DNA of 64,000 bases from Antedon mediterranea. Its lineage: Eukaryota; Animalia; Echinodermata. Where the stretch lies: positions 20,956,001-21,020,000 of the forward strand of contig NC_092674.1 of assembly GCF_964355755.1 (NCBI RefSeq), written 5' to 3'. The notes beneath the pieces were generated by a model, which worked only from the letters and a program-made list of their open reading frames with translations, was not told the DNA's origin and made no database searches. The position numbers and the translations under genes are program-made. Below are positions 27,093 through 38,790 of the stretch, one piece after another. How positions within the stretch are numbered: the stretch's first letter is position 1; each line of letters begins with the position of its first letter.

Positions 27093-30000
27093 TTAAAGCA
27101 TTTTAATCGTAATTTCAAGAGTAATATGTACTTGTAACGTTTGAACCGGACTGGTAGATTAAACAAAAAAAAAACAAAAACAACAAAAACAAAACACGTT
27201 ATAATAACACTAATAATAGCACATATTTTCGTACATGTATCAATGATTTATCTACATATGTGTGATTAATATTATTACAATAAAGACCATGTACATCTAC
27301 GATATTTTTACTGTAAGTGGTATTGTAAATAAAAATTATGAATTCAATCGTGAGAAATTACCGATATCTGTGTATTATTTTATATTACTTTTATCATAAT
27401 TGCAACAAAAAAAAAAAATTCAGAGAAATCATAATTATCGAATACAGAAAGACGTTTTGGTTACCAATTGTATTTCTTGACACTTAATACATTTTAACAG
27501 AAAACAAGACCTTCAACCGGAGCCAAAAGTGGAAATTTGTTTACGTGCAGGTTATTGCCATTAGATATTCTTAGAACTACTTTGGTTTTTATAAATATTG
27601 TCACTTTTTTTCTACACGTTTATCTACCGAGATTTTGTTTTCCTTTTTATGAATCTTCCGTTGTTCATAAGCATTATTAATTTTTACAGGCCTTGTTCTT
27701 CGCTTTGCAGGCTAAATCTTATAACGGCATAGGCCTACATTTTAACGGTTCTTTGTAAATATCCTCTTATTGATTGTTACCTTTAGTTCTCTGAATGTTT
27801 TAATTTACCGTAGATGATGAAAAAATCCATTAATCTAGCACCATTTAATAAAAAAAAGGTTCCGCAGTAAATGGTTTATTTTTGATGGTATTGATGGAAT
27901 CATCGAGGCACAATATTAGGCTGAAAAACATGACGTCACTATTTTAAACGGTTTATCATACAAGAACAATTAACCAATCACAAAACTGAGCTACTGATTT
28001 GCGTAGAAGTTTCTGGAAATGACAAATTAAGGAAACACGTACACATTAATAAATATATATTAATTTTTATATAAATAATAGACAAAACAAAAGGAAATAC
28101 ACCAAACAAATCATTTTCGTTATGAATTTATAATAACTTTAAATTTTGTCCATCACAGGAGACGCGTTTTCCAATTGTAAAACAGTTTCGCATTGCGTCG
28201 CAACACATGCACATACTGCAAGTACCGTACCGTACTGTAACAAGTCTACTGATATGTATTTTGTTGGTCACTCATCATTTTAGCCAACACATTATTTAAC
28301 TCATCAGGTGTAATATCTTTTCACAAATCCTTTATATCTTTACTTTTTCTTGACAACTCATAACAAACAAGAATAGTACTCTGAATGAGTGTGGGAGAGG
28401 TGTGTGGGAGTCCCATTCAACTAAACCTTGCCAATTTGTACTCGACCTACGATAAAACCATTTTTTAAAAGTCAACATAGCGACGCGAGAAAAAATTGAT
28501 AATAGGGATAAAAAGTTTTTCTTGCATTGTTATACAGTAATCTATGTTTTTCGGTGTTTACACCATCTCATTGTTTATAATTACGTTTGTTAATATCGAT
28601 AGTGTTTCTCTAGCAGAGTTATATTACTTGTTTATACTCGTATAGTTTGCAGCCCTCCATGTTGTTCGTATATTTTGTAAAAAGTGTACTTATGATTACT
28701 TTTAAAAACCAACTCATTTTATTTGCATTTTATCTACACCTCATGGTTAAAATGTGTTGTTTTTCATAGAGTGTGATGCTGCTTAAAACGTTATACTAGT
28801 ATAACCACCAAAACGGTTTATTATCTGTAGGAAATCATCAATTGTAACATGCGGTAAACAATACAAATTAGTTTCACAAATTATTAAAAAATAGCACAAT
28901 TGTTACAAATGAATTTAAGAAAATAAAGGTGTACAGATTTTATTTCGAAAAAGTGTAGGCCTAGACCTACAAAGATAATTTTACATAAAGTGTACAGAAT
29001 AAATTAACAAAAAAAGGTCACACATACATTAAACTAATTCTTATAAAAGTGTGTACAGTGTAGGCCTACTTTGGTTATCAGGTATATCAACTTTAGTATT
29101 TTAAGTATAGGGCCTATTTGTGGCAAACACACGGTTCCTTTTAATTGTGGGTAGAGGCCTTTTGCCGTTCGTAATTCAAACTGTTCGTAAAATTGAAGTT
29201 AATATTCTGAGATTAGGCCTATAGCCTATGATTGCAGCTTATACTAGTCAACGGTCTAAAAGAGCTGTATTGCAGGATGCGAAACATAAAAGTTCAATAA
29301 TAAACAGTATATTATAACGATAAAGAAACGAATGTACGATACACCAATATAGCAATACAATAACTGATTAACTGAAAACTTGAAGTCTACTGTATTCCTA
29401 CAATCATTCAAGTAGACATTGTTTGCTGAGTGTATGGTACTTTCTCCAAAGAGAATTCGAACGATGGGCTTTCGGACGTGTTTCTACGGTTATCAGAACG
29501 GGTCGATAATGAAAAAAAAAAAACAAACAAACAAACTGCCTACTAACTCCCAAAAAATCAATACCTATAAATAAGCTGAACCTACCCCACTAAATAATCT
29601 CTTCCATACATCAAAATCGACCGAAAATGATCTGGACATTGAAAAGTGGACACGGTCGTCTGTTCTTCTTTTCTGTTTCCACGGCTTGGGACGACATCCC
29701 TGCTAGTGATGTACGGTAGCCATGCGGTCTACACACTTATGATGACCACATCGCATAACATGTTCAGGGAACTTATTTTTCAACTCTCTGATACAATGTT
29801 TAAATACAAGTAGACTGGAAACCATTTAGGAACAGGGGTTTCTAATAATAAAAGTTGTTTAAAACTTTAGTTATTGTCAAGGGGAATTGTTCAAGACTTG
29901 GAGTAAAATGGTCAAGACCGGGGGAAAATGGTCAAGACCGGAAGAAAATTAAATTTCACCATTTTATAAGTTTATAGTCATTTATTGTGTTAAAATTCAT

Positions 30001-30125
30001 TTATTATTAGACCTGTATACGTATTCAATAACAAAAAATAACTTTGTTACATTAATAACATATCTTTAGTGGTTAAGGTAATATATTATTTCTCTGTATA
30101 CTGACGTCACAAATATAGATAAAGA

Positions 30126-30421
30126 GAGACTGTAACTAAATGTTTATTACTTATTAGGGTTACAGGGAGAGTTCCATACAGCATTAAAAGGTCAATTAAT
30201 GAGCCACCCAACTTAATTAAGTACCGGTACTTAACAAATGTGCTCAAACTCAATAAGGGTTACAAATCTACAAGAGACTGTAACTAAATGTTTATTACTT
30301 ATTAGGGTTACAGGGAGAGTTCCATGCAACATTAAAAGGTCAATTAATGAGCCACCCAACTTAATTAAGTACCGGTACTTAACAAATGTGCTCAAACTCA
30401 ATAAGGGTTACAAATCTACAA
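30126..30421. repeat. 148-bp tandem repeat x2 next to the palindrome centre (mirrored at 30793-31088)
   Basis: gagactgtaactaaatg... starts at 30126 and 30274; each unit contains the 18-bp palindrome ttaagtaccggtacttaa. Confidence 0.95.
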
Positions 30422-30574
30422 AAGAGAACATTTTATTTTTAAACCAGGGTTAAACATTAAAAGGTCAATTACTTGAACTCTGAACATGGGAAAAATACTT
30501 GTGTCAATTGACACTTGAACTTGACATCTATACAAGGACGAATAGACTGTGACAATTAACCATGACCTCTGGTC

Positions 30575-30639
30575 CCAAAAGCATGGGGGTTTCAGTTTTC
30601 GACTTCGTCGAAATTTGAGAGCCCCCCAATAAAACGGCT
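30575..30639. other. 65-bp imperfect hairpin at the axis of the giant palindrome
   Basis: Core tttcgac-ttc-gtcgaaa (30597-30613), extended by tttcag/ttgaga (G-T pairs) and tggggg/ccccca, with mismatched bases further out. Confidence 0.85.
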
Positions 30640-32368
30640 GACCAGAGGTCATGGTTAATTGTCACAGTCTATTCGTCCTTGTATAGATGTCAAGTTCAAG
30701 TGTCAATTGACACAAGTATTTTTCCCATGTTCAGAGTTCAAGTAATTGACCTTTTAATGTTTAACCCTGGTTTAAAAATAAAATGTCCTCTTTTGTAGAT
30801 TTGTAACCCTTATTGAGTTTGAGCACATTTGTTAAGTACCGGTACTTAATTAGGTTGGGTGGCTCATTAATTGACCTTTTAATGTTGCATGGAACTCTCC
30901 CTGTAACCCTAATAAGTAATAAACATTTAGTTACAGTCTCTTGTAGATTTGTAACCCTTATTGAGTTTGAGCACATTTGTTAAGTACCGGTACTTAATTA
31001 AGTTGGGTGGCTCATTAATTGACCTTTTAATGCTGTATGGAACTCTCCCTGTAACCCTAATAAGTAATAAACATTTAGTTACAGTCTCTCTTTATCTATA
31101 TTTGTGACGTCAGTATACAGAGAAATAATATATTACCTTAACCACTAAAGATATGTTATTAATGTAACAAAGTTATTTTTTGTTATTGAATACGTATACA
31201 GGTCTAATAATAAATGAATTTTAACACAATAAATGACTATAAACTTATAAAATGGTGAAATTTAATTTTCTTCCGGTCTTGACCATTTTCCCCCGGTCTT
31301 GACCATTTTTACTCCAAGTCTTGAACAATTCCCCTTGACAATAACTAAAGTTTTAAACAACTTCTATTATTAGAAACCCCTGTTCCTAAATGGTTTCCAG
31401 TCTACTTGTATTTAAACATTGTATCAGAGAGTTGAAAAATAAGTTCCCTGAACATGTTATGCGATGTGGTCATCATAAGTGTGTAGACCGCATGGCTACC
31501 GTACATCACTAGCAGGGATGTCGTCCCAAGCCGTGGAAACAGAAAAGAAGAACAGACGACCGTGTCCACTTTTCAATGTCCAGATCATTTTCGGTCGATT
31601 TTGATGTATGGAAGAGATTATTTAGTGGGGTAGGTTCAGCTTATTTATAGGTATTGATTTTTTGGGAGTTAGTAGGCAGTTTGTTTGTTTTTTTTTTGTT
31701 TTTTTTTTCATTATCGACCCGTTCTGATAACCGTAGAAACACGTCCGAAAGCCCATCGTTCGAATTCTCTTTGGAGAAAGTACCATACACTCAGCAAACA
31801 ATGTCTACTTGAATGATTGTAGGAATACAGTAGACTTCAAGTTTTCAGTTAATCAGTTATTGTATTGCTATATTGGTGTATCGTACATTCGTTTCTTTAT
31901 CGTTATAATATACTGTTTATTAATGAACTTTTATGTTTAGCATCCTGCAATACAGCTCTTTTAGACCGTTGACTAGTATAAGCTGCAATCATAGGCTATA
32001 GGCCTAATCTCAGAATATTAACTTCAATTTTACGAACAGTTTGAATTACGAACGGCAAAAGGCCTCTACCCACAATTAAAAGGAACCGTGTGTTTGCCAC
32101 AAATAGGCCCTATACTTAAAATACTAAAGTTGATATACCTGATAACCAAAGTACACTGTACACTTTTATAAGAATTAGTTTAATGTATGTGTGACCTTTT
32201 TTTGTTAATTTATTCTGTACACTTTATGTAAAATTATCTTTGTAGGTCTAGGTCTACACTTTTTCGAAATAAAATCTGTACACCTTTATTTTCTTAAATT
32301 CATTTGTAACATTTGTGCTATTTTTTAATAATTTGTGAAACTAATTTGTATTGTTTACCGCATGTTAC

Positions 32369-35300
32369 CAGTGGGACAGCCAGTCGACAAATCGTGTCAA
32401 ATTTCGACTCGGAGAGGGCGCCCTACTTTTATAATTTAGTTCAAAATTGCTAAATTTTAGGGTGTTGGAAAAACACAATATTTGTATATTTAGCTGATTA
32501 TCGGAAAAATATTGTTAGTGAAATAAATTCATAAATGGTTTTAATATATTGTCGTGTAAAATTAAATGTATTTGAACAAAACGATAATCTGTAATTTAAC
32601 GGCAAAATCAACCAATGTCTTTTTTCCGAAATTGTACCCTAGAAAATCGTTAAAATAAAATATTTAGAAAAATTGAACAATCCTGAATTTAAAATCCCTG
32701 TTAGAAAAATTAATAAGCTACAGAATACGATATTAAGATACAAAATTCGGTGGTTGGGATGCAGCTCCGACTATTCAAACTAAAGGTACCACTATTTGTT
32801 CCATCGAAAACTAGCGAAACCGCCATTTTGTAAACACATCGTCATCGTGTTTATGAATTTATTTATAGCGAACGATATACGCGATGTTTATTTATATTGT
32901 CCGCGTATAAGAATTCATATAAATAAATACATTCCAATACAACGTATATTATTACTTGTTTATTTATCACAGTATACATTTTAGTTGAGGAATATTTATC
33001 ATAACTATTATAATAGCTTTTATACGAGTCCGAGGCCTAGCCCTATTAGCGAGCGATTGTTCCAGGGGCGGAAAGTCACTTAGTGACGTTGTGATCGGGC
33101 GCGTCGGGCCTAGCTAATATTAATAATATGACCTGAAATAACCGGCTAACAAGAACTGTTATATACTTGCTTACAATTGTTTTGTTATTGATGAACAAAC
33201 AAGCAATTAGATTGAATAACAAATTACTTATTCATTTTTTTTAGGTAAAAACATGTACAAACTAGTACTCTATAATATAAATTAATAGTAATATTAAACT
33301 AATACAGTATTAATAAAATATAAAATAGGCCTAACATACAATAAATATTCAATTTTTAAGGTCTACCACATGGCAATAACATAATTTACAGAGTATAGTG
33401 TAGTAGGTTTGCATTTAACATAAATATTTGTATTGTAATTCATCTAAATCCTCTGCAACATACATATATTTGTAATTCAACATTTTGTTTTAAATAATTA
33501 AATTATAGTTTGGGTATGACAACGTCGGTAGGTACCGGTGTCATCTTTTTATCCAGTTCACTCTCAGTTTGAAGTCACAAAGACAAAGAACTCTGCATCA
33601 TCAACGATTCCTGAAAGTGTCAGAAAAAATAATAAATATTATTTAAAAAAAATGTTAATGTCAAATGGAAGCTGTATTTTATTAATTAATAATAATATTA
33701 CAGTATTTGCTATTATTATTTATAATAATCTAGGCCTACTTGTAGCCTAGCTAGGCACCTATTGAGCCTAATAAATCAAATAATAAATGAAAAATAAAAT
33801 AATAATATTAATACTGATTGAAAAAAAGTATTTTTTTGGGGGGGATCAGATCACCAGGCTAGGCCGGCCGCGATTTTTTTTTTCGTACATAAGTTGGGGA
33901 CCCCTCATGAAACGTCACAAAATAAACATGAATAATTCATCAGTTAAATTTGTTGTTCCGTGTGCACCCAAGCGTATTGCAACAAGAAGTGATTACACAA
34001 CTGCGATACGATACTTTCTACAGTAGGCCTAGGATTCTAAGTTAATTCACGTGCCGCCGATGCCTTCGCGCACTCTTCTTCACACAAAATGTCGAGTCGA
34101 GGCTAATCGACAGCTAGGCAAGACATTAAACTAAGTAGTAATTCATTGGACATAGCCCAAAGAAAGTTTAGACCCACAAGAATAAAGAATGTGTATAATT
34201 TGTGTACTGTATTTTTATAATTCTGCTATTTTATTATCAAACAATATGCATGTACTCAAATGAACTTTAAAAATGCGCGTATATGAACACATGAGATGGG
34301 AAGATTTGACCCACTAGAATAAAAAATGTATTTTTGTGTAATGTTTATTGTTTAATTTTGCTGACTTATTACTCAGATTGTGTCATACCAAACACACACA
34401 CGTCACACACACCCACACAGCTACTACTAGTGTACTAGATATAGACATGGGTTTAGAGACTAATAATTAGGCCTAATAGTATTAATAGAAACTATAATTT
34501 TAACACGTATTCTTTAGTAATAAATTATATTAAAAACACCATAAACTAAAGGCTGATTATTTCGACAATCCACACAAAACGCCGCTATTCTTCTATGAAA
34601 TCGCACGCCGCAACAACAGCGGAGACAGGCCTAGAATCGTACCGCACTTGTGTAATCACTCTTGTTGCTATACGCTTGGAACACGGAACAAGAAAATTTA
34701 ACTGATGAATTATTCATGTATATTTTGTGACGTTTCATGAGGGGGTCCCCAACTTATGTACGAAAAAAAAAATCGCAGGCCGGCCTGGACCAATGATACT
34801 CGTAATCAGTACAACTTAACGACTATCGGATCAGCATCAACACAGTACAACACACGTCTCGCTATCGCCTATACTGACACACGTGTCTCGCGTTGCCGAA
34901 ACCACGCTCACAGCTAGAAAATGTACCTACCTTTCGAGGCCTGAGAATACACCAACAAATTTTGAACAGCATAGAAATATATCATACTCGATTAAACTAA
35001 TATTATTCTTGATAAAACAATTGATTATAATTGTTTTAATTTGTTGGGATGCACCTCCGACTATTCAGAAAATGGACAACAAAACAGTAGTCAAATCGTA
35101 CCACATTTATAAATTTCACGAGTCCCGACTTCAGTCGCCGAATGTATTGTATTAGCTTCGGTTTCTTTGAAGGAAACCGATTGGTTATTCAATTATACTT
35201 ATTAGGAAATGCTTTTACCATAATAGGTAATGTTGGGCGGTTCTTAAATATTCATGAGAGCTTAAAAAAAAACAGCACTTATTTGCTAGGCGACGAAAAA

Positions 35301-35407
35301 TCGTGGTTTCAGTTTTCAACGATAGGTGGCGCTTCAAAATCGTCAATGCGGAAGTAAGTCGATTTTACACGATTTAACGGTCAAAACGCGAAGTGGCTTT
35401 CCCACTG
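32369..35407. mobile_element. 3.0-kb non-autonomous DNA transposon in the right arm only; CAGTGGG ends, 4-bp TTAC duplication
   Basis: Left arm gives the empty site (caattgtaacatgcgg, ~28839-28854); TTAC at 32365-32368 and 35408-35411; TIR cagtggga(c/a)agcca. Confidence 0.85.
33861..34787. mobile_element. Nested MITE-like segment with ~150-bp inverted repeats
   Basis: 33861-~34012 is the reverse complement of ~34636-34787 (cgtacataagttggggacccc / ggggtccccaacttatgtacg). Confidence 0.7.
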
Positions 35408-35615
35408 TTACAATTGATGATTTCCTACAGATAATAAACCGTTTTGGTGGTTATACTAGTATAACGTTTTAAGCAGCATCACACTCTATGAAAAACAACA
35501 CATTTTAACCATGAGGTGTAGATAAAATGCAAATAAAATGAGTTGGTTTTTAAAAGTAATCATAAGTACACTTTTTACAAAATATACGAACAACATGGAG
35601 GACTGCAAACTATAC

Positions 35616-35636
35616 CAGTGGCGGATCTAGGGGGGG
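35616..35636 (+). mobile_element. Isolated hAT-like MITE terminus at a deletion breakpoint
   Basis: cagtggcggatctaggggggg replaces ~490 bp present in the left arm (28147-28639). Confidence 0.5.
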
Positions 35637-36027
35637 TGAAATTTAAATTTATTATAAATTCATAACGAAAATGATTTGTTTGGTGTATTTCCTTTTGTTT
35701 TGTCTATTATTTATATAAAAATTAATATATATTTATTAATGTGTACGTGTTTCCTTAATTTGTCATTTCCAGAAACTTCTACGCAAATCAGTAGCTCAGT
35801 TTTGTGATTGGTTAATTGTTCTTGTATGATAAACCGTTTAAAATAATGACGTCATGTTTTTCAGCCTAATATTGTGCCTCGATGATTCCATCAATACCAT
35901 AAAAAATAAACCATTTACTGCGGAACCTTTTTTTTTTTTAAATAGTGCTAGATTAAGGGATTTTTTCATCATCTACGGTAAATTAAAACATTCAGAGAAC
36001 TAAAGGTAACAATCAATAAGAGGATAT

Positions 36028-36630
36028 TTACAAAGAACCGTTAAAATGTAGGCCTATGCCGTTATAAGATTTAGCCTGCAAAGCGAAGAACAACAGCTTA
36101 AAAATAGCCTCTGAATTAATCAGGGTATTGACAAGAAAATAAACGAAATGTCTATACCGAGGCAATGAATATTCTCCGTGCATATTTAGTTCGTTGTAAA
36201 CGGTATCGACTGAAACATACTTCTTATCCAAAACCTCCCGATAAAAATAGTCAATCTGTTCTTCTAGAGACTTCATACAACAAAAATCATGATCTTTTTG
36301 ACTGTTCCTGTCAAATTCACAACCATAACAAGCCGCTTTACTTAAAACCCAACACTTGGCTAACACTTGAGCAGCAAACAATTGTTTAACCAAACGCTCC
36401 ATTTTCAACATAAATTCTCTCTCCACCTCGTCCACGTACGTGAATATACAACTTGTAGGCCTGTTACTCCTCTCGACTCCTTCATCTATACCGGCGGGGA
36501 TAACCTCTTCGGCCTCCGTGTAACGATCATCTATATCACTGCCTGGAACAACAACAGTCTCCTCATCATCGCTAATTATTATAACATTATCTGCACAACT
36601 CCCTTGCGAAAATATATACTTCCAGACATA
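36028..36630 (-). CDS. Right-arm copy of the 184-aa ORF with an altered C-terminus at the 4.1-kb indel junction
   Basis: Nearly identical to 23079-23619 (YL/YV, AD/AA, RS/RN differences); ends FKLLFFALQ... instead of FKLLCEDI; 1-nt shorter T tract puts the ATG out of frame. Confidence 0.55.
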   Translation of the reverse strand, partial: YVWKYIFSQGSCADNVIIISDDEETVVVPGSDIDDRYTEAEEVIPAGIDEGVERSNRPTSCIFTYVDEVEREFMLKMERLVKQLFAAQVLAKCWVLSKAACYGCEFDRNSQKDHDFCCMKSLEEQIDYFYREVLDKKYVSVDTVYNELNMHGEYSLPRYRHFVYFLVNTLINSEAIFKLLFFALQAKSYNGIGLHFNGSL

Positions 36631-37589
36631 ATGAAATACTGAAAAGAGATACTCTACGCAAAAATAGGCAAAAACAACTGGAAAATAGTACAACAATAAC
36701 CGCTTCACTTTGTTACACCGTCTTAAATCATAAATAACGTAATGACGTCACTCACCACGTACCAGAACATCGCGCCAAAAATTAATAAATAAGAGACAAA
36801 GAAACACCTGGCGGAAATTACATAATTATTACGAAACCAGGAAAAGAACGACCTTCATTAGAAACACCTGGCGGAAATTACATAACTATTACAATAACAG
36901 GAAAAGAACGACCTTCATTAGAAACACCTGGCGGAAATTACATAACTATACGTAATCAGGAAAAGAACGACCTTCATTAGAAACACCTGGCGGAAACGAC
37001 CTTCATTAGAAACACCTGGCGGATATTACGTAATCAGGAAATACATCAAGGTCAAGGCTGACTGAAGTACCTCTTTTTCTACTCACATCTAATATAATCT
37101 AATTATCGAAGCCGAATAAAAATAAAAATATATATTAAAACTACGAAATTGTGCTTGCTCAGAGAATTATTAATTTTCAGAACTAGTGAACGGAAATTAC
37201 TAATAATAATATTATATGCGTACCGGTATTAATGTGTATTATACAATTGTTGTTATAATGAAGAGTTTTATTAAAGAATCGAAGTATAATAAATGTATAC
37301 ATTAATTAATGAATATTACACTATGCCAATTTATACTTAAAAATACAACGATGTACTTTTTTTTATGAAAAAAAATATACACGTCACTTACTTTACTCTT
37401 TTAATGTAAAAGAGTGAAAAACCAAATGCTTCACTCTTTAATACCACTTTTTAAAAGGATGACATTCACTCTAAAAGAAGGAATTTTGGTTCTTTTTAAT
37501 TTGGAATATTCTGGTTCAATTGAAGTTTAGCACTGTAGCATTAGAATAGATATGGATACGGTAATTAAATACTTAAAGTAGCATTACAT

Positions 37590-37954
37590 TTTAATATTAT
37601 TATGAAAGTTAATCTAACGTTAGATGAACGTTGTTAAAAAGGTTCACTCAAAATTACTTTTGAAAGTTATTCTGAATGTCCTTCTAATGTTTGATAAACG
37701 TTATTAAAAACGTTCTGTTTAAGTTATATTTAAACATTATTGTTAACGGTTTTTGAACGATAGATAAACGTTATTAAGACAAGTTATTTAATTTTATATT
37801 TGAACGTTTCTATAAACGTACCCTCAACGTTAAAATAATGTCAAACAACGTTTTTTGAATGAACGTTATTCGAACGTCACTTGAACGTCCGTAGTGAACC
37901 TGAACAAACAACTGCCAAACACTAACGTTAGATAAACGTTATATGTTTGCCGAG
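37590..37954. mobile_element. Right part of the AACGTT-rich non-autonomous DNA transposon
   Basis: Similar to ~22170-22470; ends gtttgccgag followed by TA, after which homology to the copy-3 flank resumes. Confidence 0.7.
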
Positions 37955-38269
37955 TACTTGGGCCTTTTGCTTTTTAATATTATTGTCTAAAAGTCGCTTG
38001 TCATTAGATTGAAAGGGATAATTTATATTCTTGTTACGAATAAATTACTATACAAACGAGAATCAGTAAGTTGTATATTTTATAGTAGAATAGCTCTTTT
38101 AAATAACATCATCTTTATTCAAAACCAATCAGATTGGTCTGTTTATTTTCTATATCTGTGAAGATGGTTACTAGTTCCTTATTCACATTCAATTAAAGAG
38201 ACAGTCACAAATTAAAAAAACAGATTTTAATACGTAATAACTGTCTAATTGAGTTGTTATTGCAACATG

Positions 38270-38790
38270 TTGGCCTTGACCTCCTCTACCTCTTCCGGTC
38301 AAAGTTCTATAAAATGTTATGCATTTACGCCCTCTACGGCGAATAGGTAAGAAGCTTTTACGAATGTTTTAACACTTGACCTACTTAATATTTTAAAAAT
38401 ATTTTGGTACAGATTGATGACCCTTGACCTATTCTACCATTTGCCACCCTAGTTTTGCGAACTTTTTTGTATCTACGCCCTCTACGGCGAATAAGTAAAT
38501 GACTTTACGAACGTTAAAACACTTGACCTACTTAATTTTTTTCTAAATATTTTGGTATGAATTGTTCACCCTTGGCCTACTTTATCATTTTCTACACTTG
38601 TTCCGCGACCTTTTTTGCAGCGAATGAGTAACTGGCTTTTACGAACGTTATAACACTTGACCTACTACATTTTTCACAATTTGTTGGTATGAAGCGTTGA
38701 CTCTTGACCTACTTTACTATTTGCCACCCTAATTCCTTGAACTTTTCTGCATCTACGCCATCTACGGCGAATAAGTAACTGGCTTAGTAC
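38270..38790. repeat. Diverged ~140-bp tandem repeat (3-4 units)
   Basis: tacgccctctacggcgaata...aacacttgacctact at ~38327, ~38474, ~38620 (partial) and ~38754. Confidence 0.75.

Larger units (their letters stand above)
22612..37083. mobile_element. Giant palindromic non-autonomous element with Polinton/Maverick-type termini
   Basis: Termini AGTAGAAAAAGAGG...CCTCTTTTTCTACT; 6-bp direct repeat CACATC at 22606-22611 and 37084-37089. Inverted arm blocks: 22612-23619/~36090-37083, 27693-28146/~35638-36093, 28640-28848/35408-35615, ~28845-30574/30640-32368. Confidence 0.88.

Noticed and set aside
29400-29800. Possible extra exons in the inner arm (more GC-rich patches)
   Set aside because: Manual translation gave only short frames with no recognisable motif or consistent splice phase.
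30238-30976. Mirror-image 71-aa ORFs and a 78-aa ORF across the palindrome centre
   Set aside because: They lie in tandem repeats and the hairpin, with no protein motifs; the duplication reflects the palindrome.
32369-32382. Transib/RAG-transposon assignment from CAGTG
   Set aside because: Lacks the terminal CAC, the TSD is 4 bp not 5, and no transposase remnant is visible.
22612-37083. Giant palindrome as a long-read fold-back or assembly artefact
   Set aside because: Arms differ by substitutions and by TSD-flanked insertions, the whole has a 6-bp TSD, and host sequence resumes collinearly with the copy-3 paralogue. Read-level confirmation is still advisable.
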